A stretch of DNA of 64,000 bases from Tubiluchus corallicola (lineage: Eukaryota; Animalia; Priapulida): positions 124,001 to 188,000 of the forward strand of contig JAQGDQ010000191.1 in the NCBI GenBank assembly GCA_030141605.1, in the 5' to 3' direction. This document shows, piece by piece, positions 1 through 13,050 of this stretch. Numbering within the stretch: position 1 is the first letter of the stretch; each line of letters starts with the position of its first letter. The notes beneath the pieces are model-generated. The model saw only the letters and a list, made by a program, of their open reading frames with translations. It ran no database searches and was not told the origin of the DNA. A program made the position numbers and the translations under genes.

Positions 1-621
1 ATTCAAACTAATATGACGCCAGAAGTTAACTAGAACTCATTTTTTAATGTTATATATATTTGCTACACATGTTGGCGGTTATTTTACGGGTTTTTATGTA
101 CTTTTTTCGTGTAATTTATATATCTGTTATACAAGCATTCATTTTTAACATGTGGATGATGTGACTTATGCCACTGATACTCTAATCAATGAAACGTTAA
201 TGCAACATGGCATGGCGAATTAGTGCCAATGTTCGCATAGGAAAGTGATGGTGATATTAACAGGTCCCTATTGCACTATTAACATCGTTCCAACATCCCA
301 GAGGATTTACTCATTTTTATTGATATGGCAGATAGTTGTAGAGTAGTCGGTTATTAATCACTGATTACAGGCTTTATGGCATTTTCAACATGATGTGTGT
401 TATTTTGATTAATTGACTTTGAGTAATAATTATATTGTGGTGCCTCAAACACATTTATGTAGAAAAGGGGCAGAGCTACATGCATGGAAGCTAAAGTATA
501 TTTTAGATCTATTTTTAATATTTAAATGAAATATCCTTGCTAAAATATACGATTCCTAAAGATTGTCATATTATTTTCAGAAAGTTATCAGGTTTTTGTA
601 CAGACGTAATTATTATTTGCA

Positions 622-1041
622 TTATTACCCATGTACGCTTCTAGGTGCGTCTGTTTGGGTGTGTGCTTGTCTTATGCCTGTTTGTGTATTTGTCCGCGCG
701 ATAAACGAAATGGATGAAGTTATCAAAAAAACTTGGGCAAGCGCTGGACATCCACTGATTTTGGGCTTGAAAAGTTAAAGGTCAAGGTCACAAGATCAAA
801 ATGGATGAAGCTATAATTTCCAAACTTAATGCAGGTATAGATCTGGACAGAAACTTGGAAACCTATTGATTTTTGGTTCAAAAAGTCAAAGGTCAAAGTC
901 ACAAATATAAAAATGTCAAAATAAATTTTTGCTTGAAGTTTGAAATTTTATGCTCACTATTTTTTATTTTACATTATTTGTTCATAATATCTTCATGTTA
1001 GGGTATGGACTGGCACCTCTACTAAGTGCCCTTATTCTACT
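622..1041 (+). mobile_element. Degenerate non-autonomous Helitron/Helentron-like (HINE/DINE-type) element
   Basis: TTATTACCC start followed by a degenerate (TGTC/TGTG) tract. Two internal copies of AAACTTGG...GATTTT(T)GG...AAAGGTCAA(G/A)GTCACA (~729-793, ~851-903). 3' hairpin GGCAC..GTGCC (1012-1030) followed by a degenerate CTAGT-like end (CTACT). Family assigned by motif recognition only. Confidence 0.55.
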
Positions 1042-1523
1042 TAGCTTGCCTGTTCTTTTAGATATTTTAATTTTTGTATCTTAATTTGTTCGCCTCTAAG
1101 GCCTGTAGCTTATTTATTATGCATTACTATTAAGTTGTCTGCTCCTCAAACTATTTAATTCGTCAATTAAATCATGTTGTTTAACTCGTCCGTAGTTGTG
1201 CTAGATTGCTTAGCTTGCACAGTGTGTACACTTAATAGCTCAGCAACGCTATTAATCCTATTAGTTGCCTGCTTGTTTATTTCGTTTACTCTACTGCTAG
1301 GTTTAAGCGTATTATAAGCGTATTATATCGGTAGTCTAATTAGAAACTTGCAAATGCTGAAGGAAACTTCCAAGTGTACTTCCTATGACGGGCTTTATTC
1401 AATTATTTTGTACCTATCTGTTTTCTTTAGCTCATTTACTAAGTAAACGATTTTGACCAGTTTTGAGAAACCAATTCTCGGCGAATAGCTATTTTCGAAT
1501 TAATAAAGTGAAAAATCCATCAT

Positions 1524-1609
1524 AAAAATAGACACGTTTCAGTTTAAATGATCGTCTTTGCGTAGCTTTATGCAAAGGAAGGTTTTTAAACTGACACATG
1601 TCTATTTTT
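1524..1609. repeat. Long imperfect palindrome / hairpin (~86 nt)
   Basis: AAAATAGACACGTTTCAGTTTAAA pairs with TTTAAACTGACACATGTCTATTTT (2 mismatches). Inner CTTTGCGTA pairs with TATGCAAAG around a tiny loop. Confidence 0.8.
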
Positions 1610-2205
1610 GCTGAATAAATTTCAACACAGACCCGAATTGAACACTTTAAGCAAAAGGTCGCTTATAAGGATACACATTTATATTGCCATTTCGTTCACG
1701 TGGAGCCTCTATCCGAGTCTAATAATTGTGTCATGTGTGTTTGACCTGCTGACAGTATGAAATACATGAACAGAAGGTGAAAGCAATGATGCAGTTAACT
1801 TGCAATCACGCAATACTTTGTTTGACGAGCTACTTTTAATGGCACGAGCTCCGAATAGGAATGAAATAAGATTAAATTTATTAAGCATCTAGAGTTTTGT
1901 TACTTTTTTCGGAATCCTTCATTTGCCACTCATTTATCCAAAGTCGTCTGTTATGGATCGTAATACACCCAGGGGAAATCGCCCCTTCTAGTACCTTCTT
2001 GACTGTTCTACAAATATTATTCGCTGATCTTTTTATGAACTTTCATTAAATTAATCTGGCCATATATATCCTGATTAATCACCCACCAAATTCAGCACAC
2101 TATTGCTAATTTTGCATTTCAGAATTATGGATGATTCATGGTTTATATCTCAAACGCGACTTAACGATTTGCTACCTGCTGAATCAAACTATATATATAT
2201 AAATA

Positions 2206-2727
2206 GGGTAAAATGGGCTAATGTTACGTTTTCCTAAAACGTTGATACTTTCATGCCACACTTTCTAAAGTACCATATTTATTTGTTTATAGAAAACCGT
2301 TATCGAAACAGCTAGTAAAATTATAGTAGACCCCTTAATAAGAGAGGAAAACTTCAGCAGTGGAGCTATGATTAAACACAATCTGTCACCAATGCAAATA
2401 CTAATAAATGGTTTTATTTACAAATGAAACCATTTAAAAGAATTTAAATGCCATAGCCAAGAGGTTGTTAATCACGTCCAACGTTACCTGCCAACTGTCA
2501 GACATTACCTGCAAGTGTCCGACGTTTCCACATTTTATGCAATGACGTAGCAAAGCATTTAATTACCACAGCATTTTATATGTTATACAGCTAACCCTTT
2601 TTCTGTATTTCCTGATTTCTTAACAGCATAGTTTTAGTTTATCAGACATTACTCCAAGAAAATTGTAAGAATACAAAAATAAAACCTGAAAATAGTCATT
2701 TTTGTCCGACATTAGCCCATTTTACCC
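2206..2727. mobile_element. MITE (~520 bp) with perfect 19-bp terminal inverted repeats
   Basis: GGGTAAAATGGGCTAATGT (2206-2224) and its exact reverse complement ACATTAGCCCATTTTACCC (2709-2727). Both ends are flanked by ATA (candidate 3-bp TSD). No coding capacity. Confidence 0.8.
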
Positions 2728-4386
2728 ATACATTGTAATTTAGAGTTCTTCAACCGTCTAACCTACCAGACACTCTCCTATTAAAATATTGACCACTTAG
2801 TACTAGATTACATTACTGACCACATATTGTAAATTATGCAAGGTATGGCGTGCTATGTTATGTTACATAATATACGTTACATAGCACAGTATGGTACGTT
2901 ACATTAGATTACTCTAACGTAATCTAATCATACGTTGGGTTGTGGATAACAGTACTGAGCAATGTTGCAGCAGCCAGCTTTATAAGTAAAAAGGGCTCTA
3001 ATGTCATGTAGAAAATGAAAGATATTTCTTTTAAATACTAGTGATGGTGCGTATATTGAATTTAGCTAACAGCACAGCAAGATCATTAGCATTACCAATA
3101 AACAATTCGTCTGAAAGATGAGTCCGAGAAATTGCAAAAGGGTAAATTATAACACTTTAAGCAAAATATGTAAATTTACTAAGTTTAAAATTTGTGAATG
3201 TGGGTGTTAAAGGATCTTTTTTTAAGGTTGTTGTCATATACACCGTTAATATCGCACGTGTTTGACGGGTGTTTGGTTTGGGGCTCACTTCATGCGACGT
3301 TGTCTTCATGAGTTATCTATAAATCGCTGAACTCTTTCGCTGACTTGTTTGATGTGATTTTGTCTGATTGATTGAAAATTGAGTGAAAGAATTTGCGCCT
3401 GCGAGACTACAAAACTCGGCAGCACTCGGACCGCATGCTAATGAGCGTTAGTTGAAGACATGGCTTCACAGAACCACGGAATGGTACGGTTTTGGAGCGT
3501 GGCTTCATTGTGTTCGGAAACCACTTATTAAATTTTAACAAGACCGCCGGCAAACACAATTACGAATTCACAAAAATGAATTTGTTTATCAGTATTTCTA
3601 GAGGTGACAGGAATACGTGTTGTATTTCAAGCCGTGAATATTTTAAGGACTTGCCTTCAATAGTTGTATAGCACTTTATAATCTTTAAGAACCACGTAAT
3701 TTTAAGAATATTCAAGCACATTTAGTGTTTTGCACTTTAATTATTAAGGATAGAAATTGTATAGAATAGATAAACCATTACCAATAAGGCATGGGAAATA
3801 TGCGATTAATTGGAAGAATTTCGCGTGGACTGTTAGAGTATTGTGTCAAACGTATGCCTGGCAGTTGCCTAAACAGATAGATTCAGATAAAATTTCAAAT
3901 AGGTTATAGGGTGTACACTATACATGTTCAGCCAGAACAAGTGTTTAATTAAATGCGCTAATTAATAAGAAAAAAGGATAACCGGGTCTGGATTCGAACT
4001 TGGGGTGTCTCTTTCTTTTTCCATGCTAAATCGTTTCTTTTGGACAAACACTCTTAATTCCACGCAGTCCCCAAACAATTAAGTAACGTAACTTAATTTA
4101 ACAGATTGTTTGATGTTTTTATAAGTCGTTGACGTGAGTTCCCCAGGGAATTTTCTAAAACATGGTTTTGCAGCGGCTTGAAATCTATTTTGTAGATAAT
4201 TGTTATGGGATCACATGCAATTTGACAACATTAGCAATGAAGTACCACACACGTTGCATTAGACTCATCTTACAAAGACAGCTTGCGTTTCTTTTTCTGA
4301 AACCTATCGTTATAACTGTTCCTGGCCGAAATGATCTAATACAGCGCCATGTAATTTACTTGTAATCAAAATTAATTTGTATAGAA

Positions 4387-4400
4387 AGAGCGAGAGTGAG

Positions 4401-4457
<57 letters not shown>
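4387..4457 (+). repeat. (GA)n microsatellite
   Basis: Direct run of GA dinucleotides. Confidence 0.97.
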
Positions 4458-4462
<5 letters not shown>

Positions 4463-5819
4463 AGGGAAAGACCTAGTAAGAGAGTTTAAGAGTTTTTGGA
4501 GCAACGGGAATGAAAGAGCAGTTCCCCGTTGTAATCATGCACTATGTATGTAGGCCTACTAGCATTCATCTTCTTAAACAAATAGTTTCGACCTAGAAAA
4601 TGACAGTGAGTTTATGTTAATGCATAACTTGATTGATAAGTAATATTACTGCGATTTAGTATATAATCATAATTGAAAGCAGACAATTTTAATTATATAA
4701 TAAATTGTTATTATTATTATTTTATTATTATAAATATTAGTTATTTAATTGAATTAGCAAATTCACGATAAAATGGCATTTTAAATATTTAATCAATTGG
4801 TTTTAATGAAGGAAGAACTATAGTAAAGGTTTAAATTATCTGTTCAATGAACCTGTTCGTGCATGGACACTATTACAACATTATTAATGCTAAACCTAAT
4901 CATTGAATAAATCCGTCATCTCAATTTTTGCATTAATAATAATTACATCAGACTGATGACCAATAATTATTGTTGTTCTCGCCGCAATCCATCATCGAAG
5001 TACGCACTTTGCTTCTCGTGAATAATAAAATGAGTTTTCGGACAAAGAGTTATGACTTAATGAAACTGAAGTTAGTTAATGCACATAAACGGCCATCTTT
5101 TATTGTTTGTGGTGAATCGTTAAAAGTTATTGTTTTTAGGGGGCTTCAAGCATCCTCTAAAGTGGAAATGGGTCAGCTGGAACAAGGACACTGAAACCGC
5201 CCGAATGTCTTGCCGTTACGTTTTAAAAAGCTTTAACTTAAAAAAAAGAATAATTAGCCAACCCTGCTGTGTTATATGATTAGTCTAATTTAAGTTTAAA
5301 ATACGTATATCAGTCCCTAGCATAGTCCAGAATTTATTGCTGCATTTTCTGGTTGCACACAAAGACGTAGATCTGTTCACACTACTGGAACAAGTTCCAC
5401 TTATATGCAAACCTGCGTATGGCGTTTTACTGACAGATATTTTAGTGTGCATTGTTATTTTACAATTGTTATTGTTTGTAGAAGTTTGCTGAATTTTCTT
5501 GGACTGTCATCCGCTAATTTTTTATTCTTTTTTATTAAGATTTTAAGTTGTCATTTTTTGATAGTCAGTAAAAGTCCTGCTACTATTAGACGCACACCAA
5601 CGCGTTGCATGTGAGCAGATCACCGAGTTATATCATAAAAGACGCATTCCAAGTCTCAATTTTCTTGCCAAATAAAAGCAATCCGTAAAAAATCTGGAAC
5701 TAAAATAATATTTTCAGGAAGCTTATGGGTTTATTAAAAGCACCAAAAATCTTGTAAAAATTTATTTATTCATTCGATTTTGCCACTTTTTTACCAATAA
5801 TGAACTAATCAGTAGTTTT

Positions 5820-6350
5820 TAGTAGCTTGAAAGTCTTTCTCATCGCAAACAGTAGGTTAATTGGTTAAGGTACCGGATGTTGTGATTGTTCTTGATCTTA
5901 CAGATTCTTCTCATTTTGGGTTTTATCTCTTGAACAATTTTTTCGAGATGATGACTGACTTTGCCTCCTAGATTTAATTATTCTTGACAAGTATGGTTGC
6001 GACAGTGGACAGCGCCGTGTAAATTTTATTGTATAGGTTTCTCCCTAAATCCCCCTTTTTTGGTACGTTGATTGCAATTGAGAATGATGAGTCGTTGCCT
6101 AGGTTTGCTGGTTTTGCAGTACAAATTGAGAAGTTAAACAACATTGGATCTGGTAAATACAATTGAATGAATTGATGATTATCCGCTTAGAAAACCATCT
6201 TTTAACTCTGTTCTACTGCTCGGGTATTCTCTTCGGTTGGGGAAGATGTCAGAACGTGGTTAAGGTACATTTGGCAGTTCAGTGTTTGATTTCAGCAAAG
6301 CTTCTATGATGCAGATTCCGGTTCTACCACAAGTATCTATATTGTAGGCA
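5820..6350 (-). mobile_element. Decayed RTE-clade LINE reverse-transcriptase fragment
   Basis: Minus strand reads VPKKGDL (typical RTE RT N-terminal motif), followed across frameshifts and stops by remnants resembling QNG...RS.T. Boundaries approximate. Confidence 0.5.
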
Positions 6351-7264
6351 GTACAGTTCAGCGGTAGATACCTCATACCTTATAGAATGCACGAATAAAA
6401 AATATTCTCTAATTACGCGTTGTGGGTCTCTAACTAATTAACAACTGGGCATTTAGTTTTGAGAAATATCTTACCATATACTCTTTTCAGTACTTTCAAT
6501 TTCATAGTGCCCGTATTTCCTTTTTACAATTTAATGGATTTTAATATTGCGAGGCTATTATTTGTCGATAACCCAGCAAATGTAAAAACCAATAAAGTAT
6601 TCGTTATTATTATAACGTTATATTCATGCTTGGCTGAATGCCCTTTGAATTACAATGAATTCTATAACAACGTGACGTCACAGGCACTTAGCATTTCAAT
6701 AAAACTAGTGCCTCGTTCAAACGACGCTTGAATTTACATGATAATATTGTAAATAATTAATAAATTTCGTGCTGGGCGCTTGAGTGAAAATTGTTTTTGT
6801 ACAAAGCCTAAACGATGAGCGCTCACCATTGCGACTACATTGTCTTCTCATGTGCAAATAGATTCGATGCAATTAAGTTAAAAGCCATTTAAAATAAACT
6901 TATAATCAACAAGAGAGAACAATGAATTTTTATTTATAAGTTTTGTTAACATTCAAGTTTGTTAACATTCAGTTAACATTCGGTTTTGTTAACAGCCAAC
7001 ATTAACAAGATATTCATATGCGCTGCGGCAGGTGATATTCTAGTTGTTAAACTGCTGCTATTTTGGCTCAGACCATTGCTGTTGCCGTTGCCGCTAAACC
7101 GTCGAAATTGTGATTGCTATTGTTGGTTGTTGATATAGTTGTCATTGTCGTTGCAAAGGCGGTGCTGATTTGTTGATTTTGATTGTAATTGTGTTTTTTT
7201 GGTGATTATGGTTGTTGTTCTGCACGGTTGTATTGATTGTAGTAGAAGTGGTTGTGGCGGTAGC

Positions 7265-7296
7265 GGCTGTGGCTGTGGCTGTGGCTGTGGCTGTGG
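7265..7296 (+). repeat. (GTGGCT)n short hexamer repeat in a GT-rich low-complexity tract
   Basis: About 5 tandem GTGGCT copies. Confidence 0.85.
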
Positions 7297-8509
7297 CCAA
7301 GGAGCGGCATTGAGTGGTATGGTTCAGTTATCATGATGGTCAAAGAACATTTTCTTGTAAAATAAGTGTGAATATATAGTCCCCCCTCGTGAGAGGTCTT
7401 GGGCAGAGCAGGGGTGCCGTCTGGGCTTATTCAACATCTATGCAAGCAGAGCTAAATACACTAAGCAGACAACTTCAGTCGCAGATTCTACATAAAGTAT
7501 TTGGACTTTGTGTGATTATAATCAGAGACCTTAGTGTTAATGTGCTTTTGTTTTATATGCAGTTACTATACGTGTTTTATAACGTTTACTCAGAGTGTTC
7601 GTGTTGCAATACTTCTGCTACTAATGCTGCTGTTGTTACGTTATGGTATGATATGTGTGCTGTAGAAATCGCAAAGTTCACATATAGTTCGGTTGCTGTG
7701 TAAACGGTAGATCTTTAAACGCACGTTTGTTATGAACATTGTGAGACTGCTTTACTCAAGCTCATATAACAGAGATTTACAGTAACTAATGTCATCTGCG
7801 TTACTGCTATATTCACAACAGCCAATAGGGACTATAATATGTACAAAGCCTTTATTTGCTGACACCATTGAAACCATTTGTTTACTGCTGAATACCGGCG
7901 ATAGCTAGTAACTGTGAAATAATCTATGAAAGATATGCACTGCTCTTGTAATAGACAAGGTTGCCATGCGAATGCGTAGAAATTTATCAAAAATTTAAGC
8001 AACATCCATGTTTTTTGGTCTTAATTATAGAAACATTTTCTTTTTATCTAAACCTGCTGAAGCCAATTTATCCGCGACTTGTCCCTGGAAAAACTTTCGA
8101 TAAATTTTGTTAATGCCCTGACAGTAATTTTGTTATGGAGCCGAAAGTATATATAGCCTATAATATACAGCAACTGTAAACATTATCATTTCCAATCCAT
8201 AAATCAAAACTGTCGGTTCTTGTTGATTTCAAGAATTGTTAAAAGATGTATTACTTCGTCCATTAAGATAACTTAGTTTGTACGTGTGTTCCCTGGATTA
8301 GATAATCTCATTTAACAGCGCCGTGCCTGAATCACTGGTTATATATTAAAGATACTGAAACAGAAATCCATTGATTAAATCATTCGGGTGTTCAGTCTTT
8401 GGAAACTATTTGTAAGGCGTTTAAGAGAGGAAGCAATTTTTACAGCGGCGAGCTTTATTTTTGATTTTTTTACGGCTGTTACAATAACAGTGCACACATC
8501 CTTGAATAT

Positions 8510-8950
8510 TTTGTCTTGTTTATTTGCTGGCTTGTTTATATTGTTTGTAGTCCGTTCACTTTTTTGTTTACATTGTTAATTTACGCACATTTGTTTATTT
8601 TGTCCGCCTGCTTGGTCGTACTTTTTTCTATCTTCCACTCTTTCGCCTGCAAGCATTTCTTCATTCATTCAGTTTTTCGTTTCGACCTACCTACGCGCGA
8701 CCATAACGGCTTAATTAGATAATTATGTTTTATTTGTTCGATAATACGTTACTCTGCTTGTTCATTTTAGTGATTCGCCCACTTCTTTGTTTGTCTGTTT
8801 GTTGCTTATTCGTTTATTTGTTCGTTCTTCTATTTGTTTTCTATTGCCCACTGGCTCACTGCATTTTCGTTTATTCTTTTGTTCATTTTGTTCGTCCGTT
8901 TGTTTATTCTTTTATTTGTGTTTGTTTGATTAGCTTTTTGCTGTATTTTA
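8510..8950 (+). repeat. Degenerate (TTTG/TTCG)n low-complexity tract
   Basis: T-rich tetranucleotide periodicity that generates spurious F/L/V/C-rich ORFs. Confidence 0.75.
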
Positions 8951-10286
8951 CTTTCCGTTTGAGATTCAAAAATATTTTAATATCAGTTCGTACAGAAATT
9001 ATATCCTACCTCAAAAAGTGAATTGACACGATATTATTTAAAAAAAACTTCTCATCCTATAAACGTTTGCATGTAGTCCGTGATACGTCTGTGACTAAGT
9101 TTAATTAAATTAATTTTATTGTTTTTATTGTTCAATGTGACTAAATTTTGCATTTCATTTAACGTTTTACCTTTTTTGACCTTCCTACTCCTGAATACGT
9201 CGTATCTTCCTAGCAAAAAGGTTAGGCAAAATTCTATACCTGTACACGAAATACGGATTTCACCGAAATTTCTATTCGTGTCCTAAAACGCTATCAGACG
9301 ATTTGTTGGGCACGCTATCGACCCGACTACTGACTGAAGTAAGCCACTGATTGGTTTCTAAGAACACAAATAATCATTTTAAATGCCAACTACATTGCAG
9401 TTTGGAATAACGTGAAGTAAAATTGAATGAATAATGATCAATAGCTTGGCTAAAGTTGCATAAACTGAAGCAGTAAAACTGCGACTGACATAGTTTAGGA
9501 AAGCTCCTTAGCCGAGTTTTTCAGAAAGCATAAGTCGATAAATTTTCATTCTACAATATGCAACCATTCTTGTGACAACGAACAATAAGCTAAGCATTCT
9601 GTTTTTGTAATTTATTCTAAACCTAATTTATTCTAGTTACTTTAAACCTTGGAAATGAGTCAATGACAGATTGGTCGTTTATCTGGAAGCTTGTTCAAAT
9701 GGTTCTTTAATTGATAACGTGTTTGTGCACAATAATATAAAAGAAGCTTCATCTTCTACATATTGCTAATTCCGAAAAAGTTGAGACAAATCTTTTTACA
9801 TTAATACCAGCACAGAATCACAACCGCTGTATGCCGAATAAAAATTAATTATTTTCAGAAGAGGATGGACCATGTCAAGTTTTAACTATTTTGAAGAAAT
9901 AAAGTTTAATTAAATTGAATTGAATAATCACAAGAACAGTTCTTGTAGAACGGGGCGGTAGCAAAGCTGAAATTTGCTGACCAACAGTCAGGACTTGCGA
10001 TGATACTGTGAGGACAAAATGTTATCAAACATTTGGGATAAAACAGGCATAACGGGCCAATTATCTGAACTGAAGGAAAAGAATATATTACAGTTAAAAG
10101 TTTATATTATAGTTGTCTTTTGTCTTCTGGTTATTAGTCTTCTGTCTTATCTGTCTGAAAAGCATATAATTTTTCTCTCAAAGGCCAACTACCTCTTTAA
10201 ATAGCATAAATGGTTAATAATGGAATAGTTGTACTTGCACTACGGTCGTGTTGTTGAAATCATGAACGGTAAACGAAGATTATCTA

Positions 10287-10775
10287 CAGGGCCGGCTTTA
10301 TACCAATTTGACAGATTTGTTCAAATTGAGTGCCGCGCAAGGCCAAGAGGCCCCGCGCACAGGTGGAGTGGAGGACGCTATATGATGAATGAATGAGTGT
10401 CCAGCGTGCGCGAAGTTTCTTAATACTGTGAAGGCAGTGAAACTATCTACGTTTCCATGTTTTTCATAGACGCTTGTTTATTTGTTTTGTAACTTCGGTT
10501 TGTCGTCGCCATTTACCTTTTAAAAAAGTGTAATTGGTGAACCCTATACTACGCGTTTTAGTTCTACACGTATAGGACTACACGTATACACGAACCTTAT
10601 ACTACACGTACTAGACTGTCATTGAAATTTAATTTTGCTAATTTGAGGAAGATATTTAAACCCTCAAGGAGAGATTAAAACGTACTTATGGTCAACAGTT
10701 TTACAAGAGATGCTAAATAATTTGGCGATGCTATTTGTAGAAAATTACTTACAAAAGTCACTGTAATTTATCTGT
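10287..10775 (+). mobile_element. Internally deleted hAT DNA transposon remnant
   Basis: CAGGGCCGGCTT hAT-type terminus at 10287 and repeated CTACACGTA motifs (10549-10612). 10674-10766 translates IKTYLWSTVLQEMLNNLAMLFVENYLQKSL*, matching the hAT C-terminal dimerisation consensus (IKTYLRSTM.QERLN.LA.L.IE). Confidence 0.75.
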
Positions 10776-12299
10776 CCTTTTTAAAAATGTTGAAGTGTAC
10801 TAGGCCTACCAACGACGTTTATGGCACAGAATGAAAATTTCCTCTTGTGTGGCCATTTCGCAATTAATGTTATAAAAAAAACGATAAAAATGTTTGAGGA
10901 AAAGCATTGATCGAAAACGCTGTGTTTTACGCATTTGACCTCTTTCACGGATGTTTTCATAGTATTGCATAGCTGTTCCACTTATACATTTGTGAAATGT
11001 AATCATAATAGGGCACATGCATGATAAAAACCTGTGCCTGATGTCTCCTATTGTTTAACCAACCATTACTTTGACAACCAGACTTCCTACTGCAGCAGCT
11101 AGGAAGTGATCGTCATCAATGATGTTAACCTGATATCTGTACATGATAAAAGTAAATAGACTTTATCTTATATTGCACTGAAGTGTGGGATTCAATTATA
11201 AGCGAAGAACTATAGGCTGTTTGGCTGCTTTAATCATCCCATATCTAAAGTCTCCAATTCTGCCTCACAGTTTTTATACAAGATTATTGACAAACAGACT
11301 GCTTATATTGTAAGAACTTACAGTTTTTGTAAAATTAGCGTATCCATCTTGATAACTCCTAGGCTTACAAACATTTCAAACGGTGGTTTGTAAGTCCACT
11401 TTAACTGCCAACAACTTTACAATTACTTTAATTTTAGCAACAATGACAATTAATAAAGAAAAAACTGAAGTAGTTTTAGTAGGCCTGAGCTTTTAAAAAT
11501 TCTAAAAGCATCTACAACGTTATTGGCATTTAAATGGGATCCCGCTAGTTTGTCGACAGCGACGCCATAAGTTGATTTTACCAAAGGGCAAAAAGTAAGA
11601 TTTAGATACAGCACTCGGGTTATTTGAATGCAGTTACATTTGATCAAGATTCCGATTTGTGGTCTAGGTAGCTCAATAATCTAATGATTAGAATCATTAG
11701 AGTTTTGTTGGAGACAATTATTAGCATCGTTAGACGGATTTTCTGGAGCCATTATATGGAGTGCCGTTAATCGGCATAATTGACATTTAATTTTTCTCAC
11801 TTGAACCAAGTTTGCGGAACACGTAGTGATAGTGGCTGAAAATTCAATTTATGACGTTCAGTTTTACAGGCCAAATAAATATTGCTGGATAGATAAATTC
11901 TCCAATATTTATTCTGTCTAGAAATAATAACAAATTAATATATAGAGCAAAGTGGATGATATTTGTTCAGTTAATAAGTTTAATCAGTTGATAATGCATA
12001 AATGATTGGTGGTGGTATAGTGAACTGACACGGATACCTTACTTTTAGTTGCAAACTTAAAAAAAATCTTTATCTCTGTGGTACATGGGATGGTAGTGGG
12101 GTGACAGTGGTGGTGGTAATGACGATGATGATGAAAATTATACAGATGATGTTTCGCAGAAAGCCCAAAACCGCCATCTTGTAATTGGCACCATTTTAAG
12201 GGCGGCTTCGCAATACTGTATATTATGATTGTGGTTCTATAAAAATACAAAGTGAATTGAGGTGACTAATAAAAAGAAATCCTTTTAATTAACGGAAAA

Positions 12300-13050
12300 T
12301 CGTCTAATTACACTGGAGTCCTAAAACTTTTGGAATGGATTACAAACGTATAAAAACCAAAGATTGACTTCAAATTTAAGAAATATTGCGGCTATTTTTG
12401 GACAACTAATGCAGCAACGCTAGCTTCTGCGTTTGTCATAAGGAAAGTTAGAGTATCATCAGAGCAAGTTAAACTGAAGTTATTAACTTATATATGTTTA
12501 CTAGCAAGAAGTAACACAGTAGGACTTCGAAGTGTCACTTGGTGGCCACCTGTCAAGTCCCTGAAGTTGTGTCCAAAGAGAAGGCAAAATGGCATACAAG
12601 GCTGATTATCATGCAATCCACAAATCGAACATCTTTTTACATCAGCATAAAAGATCATTAAGTATAGATCATAAGGGGTCATTGAAATTATCATCATAAT
12701 TGTGACAACGAGAAGCTCTTTTAGACTACTGTTCCCTTCGGAACCCCGGACATAATCCATTCTCTGCAATACGTCTGCGATACTACTACCGAATTAGGCT
12801 ATAATGTTTATATTCCTTGTTATGTTCCACAGTGCGACCTTGGTGGCATATTTTGGAAATGATTCTTGAGTGTATTTGGTTTTTAAATTTCTATTCAATC
12901 CTGCATAACAACGAGTATATTCGCATTATTATTCTTGTACTCTTGTTATCGTTTCCATATTCTGTCATATTCATATTACATTCTTTAAGAACTCTTTACT
13001 CGCATGGAGATTATAATCGTGTTTAAAAGCGGCCTCTTTGATGTCTGTTG
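12300..13050 (-). mobile_element. Decayed CR1/L2-type LINE reverse-transcriptase fragment
   Basis: Minus strand, across frameshifts, gives SGVPKGTV (GVPQGSV motif), IFYADVK (YADD motif) and FRDL...KHI (DLG...HI) in the expected order. Boundaries approximate. Confidence 0.6.

Noticed and set aside
8388-9021. Hydrophobic membrane-protein-like ORFs
   Set aside because: Artefacts of T-rich low complexity; the same applies to 15720-16050.
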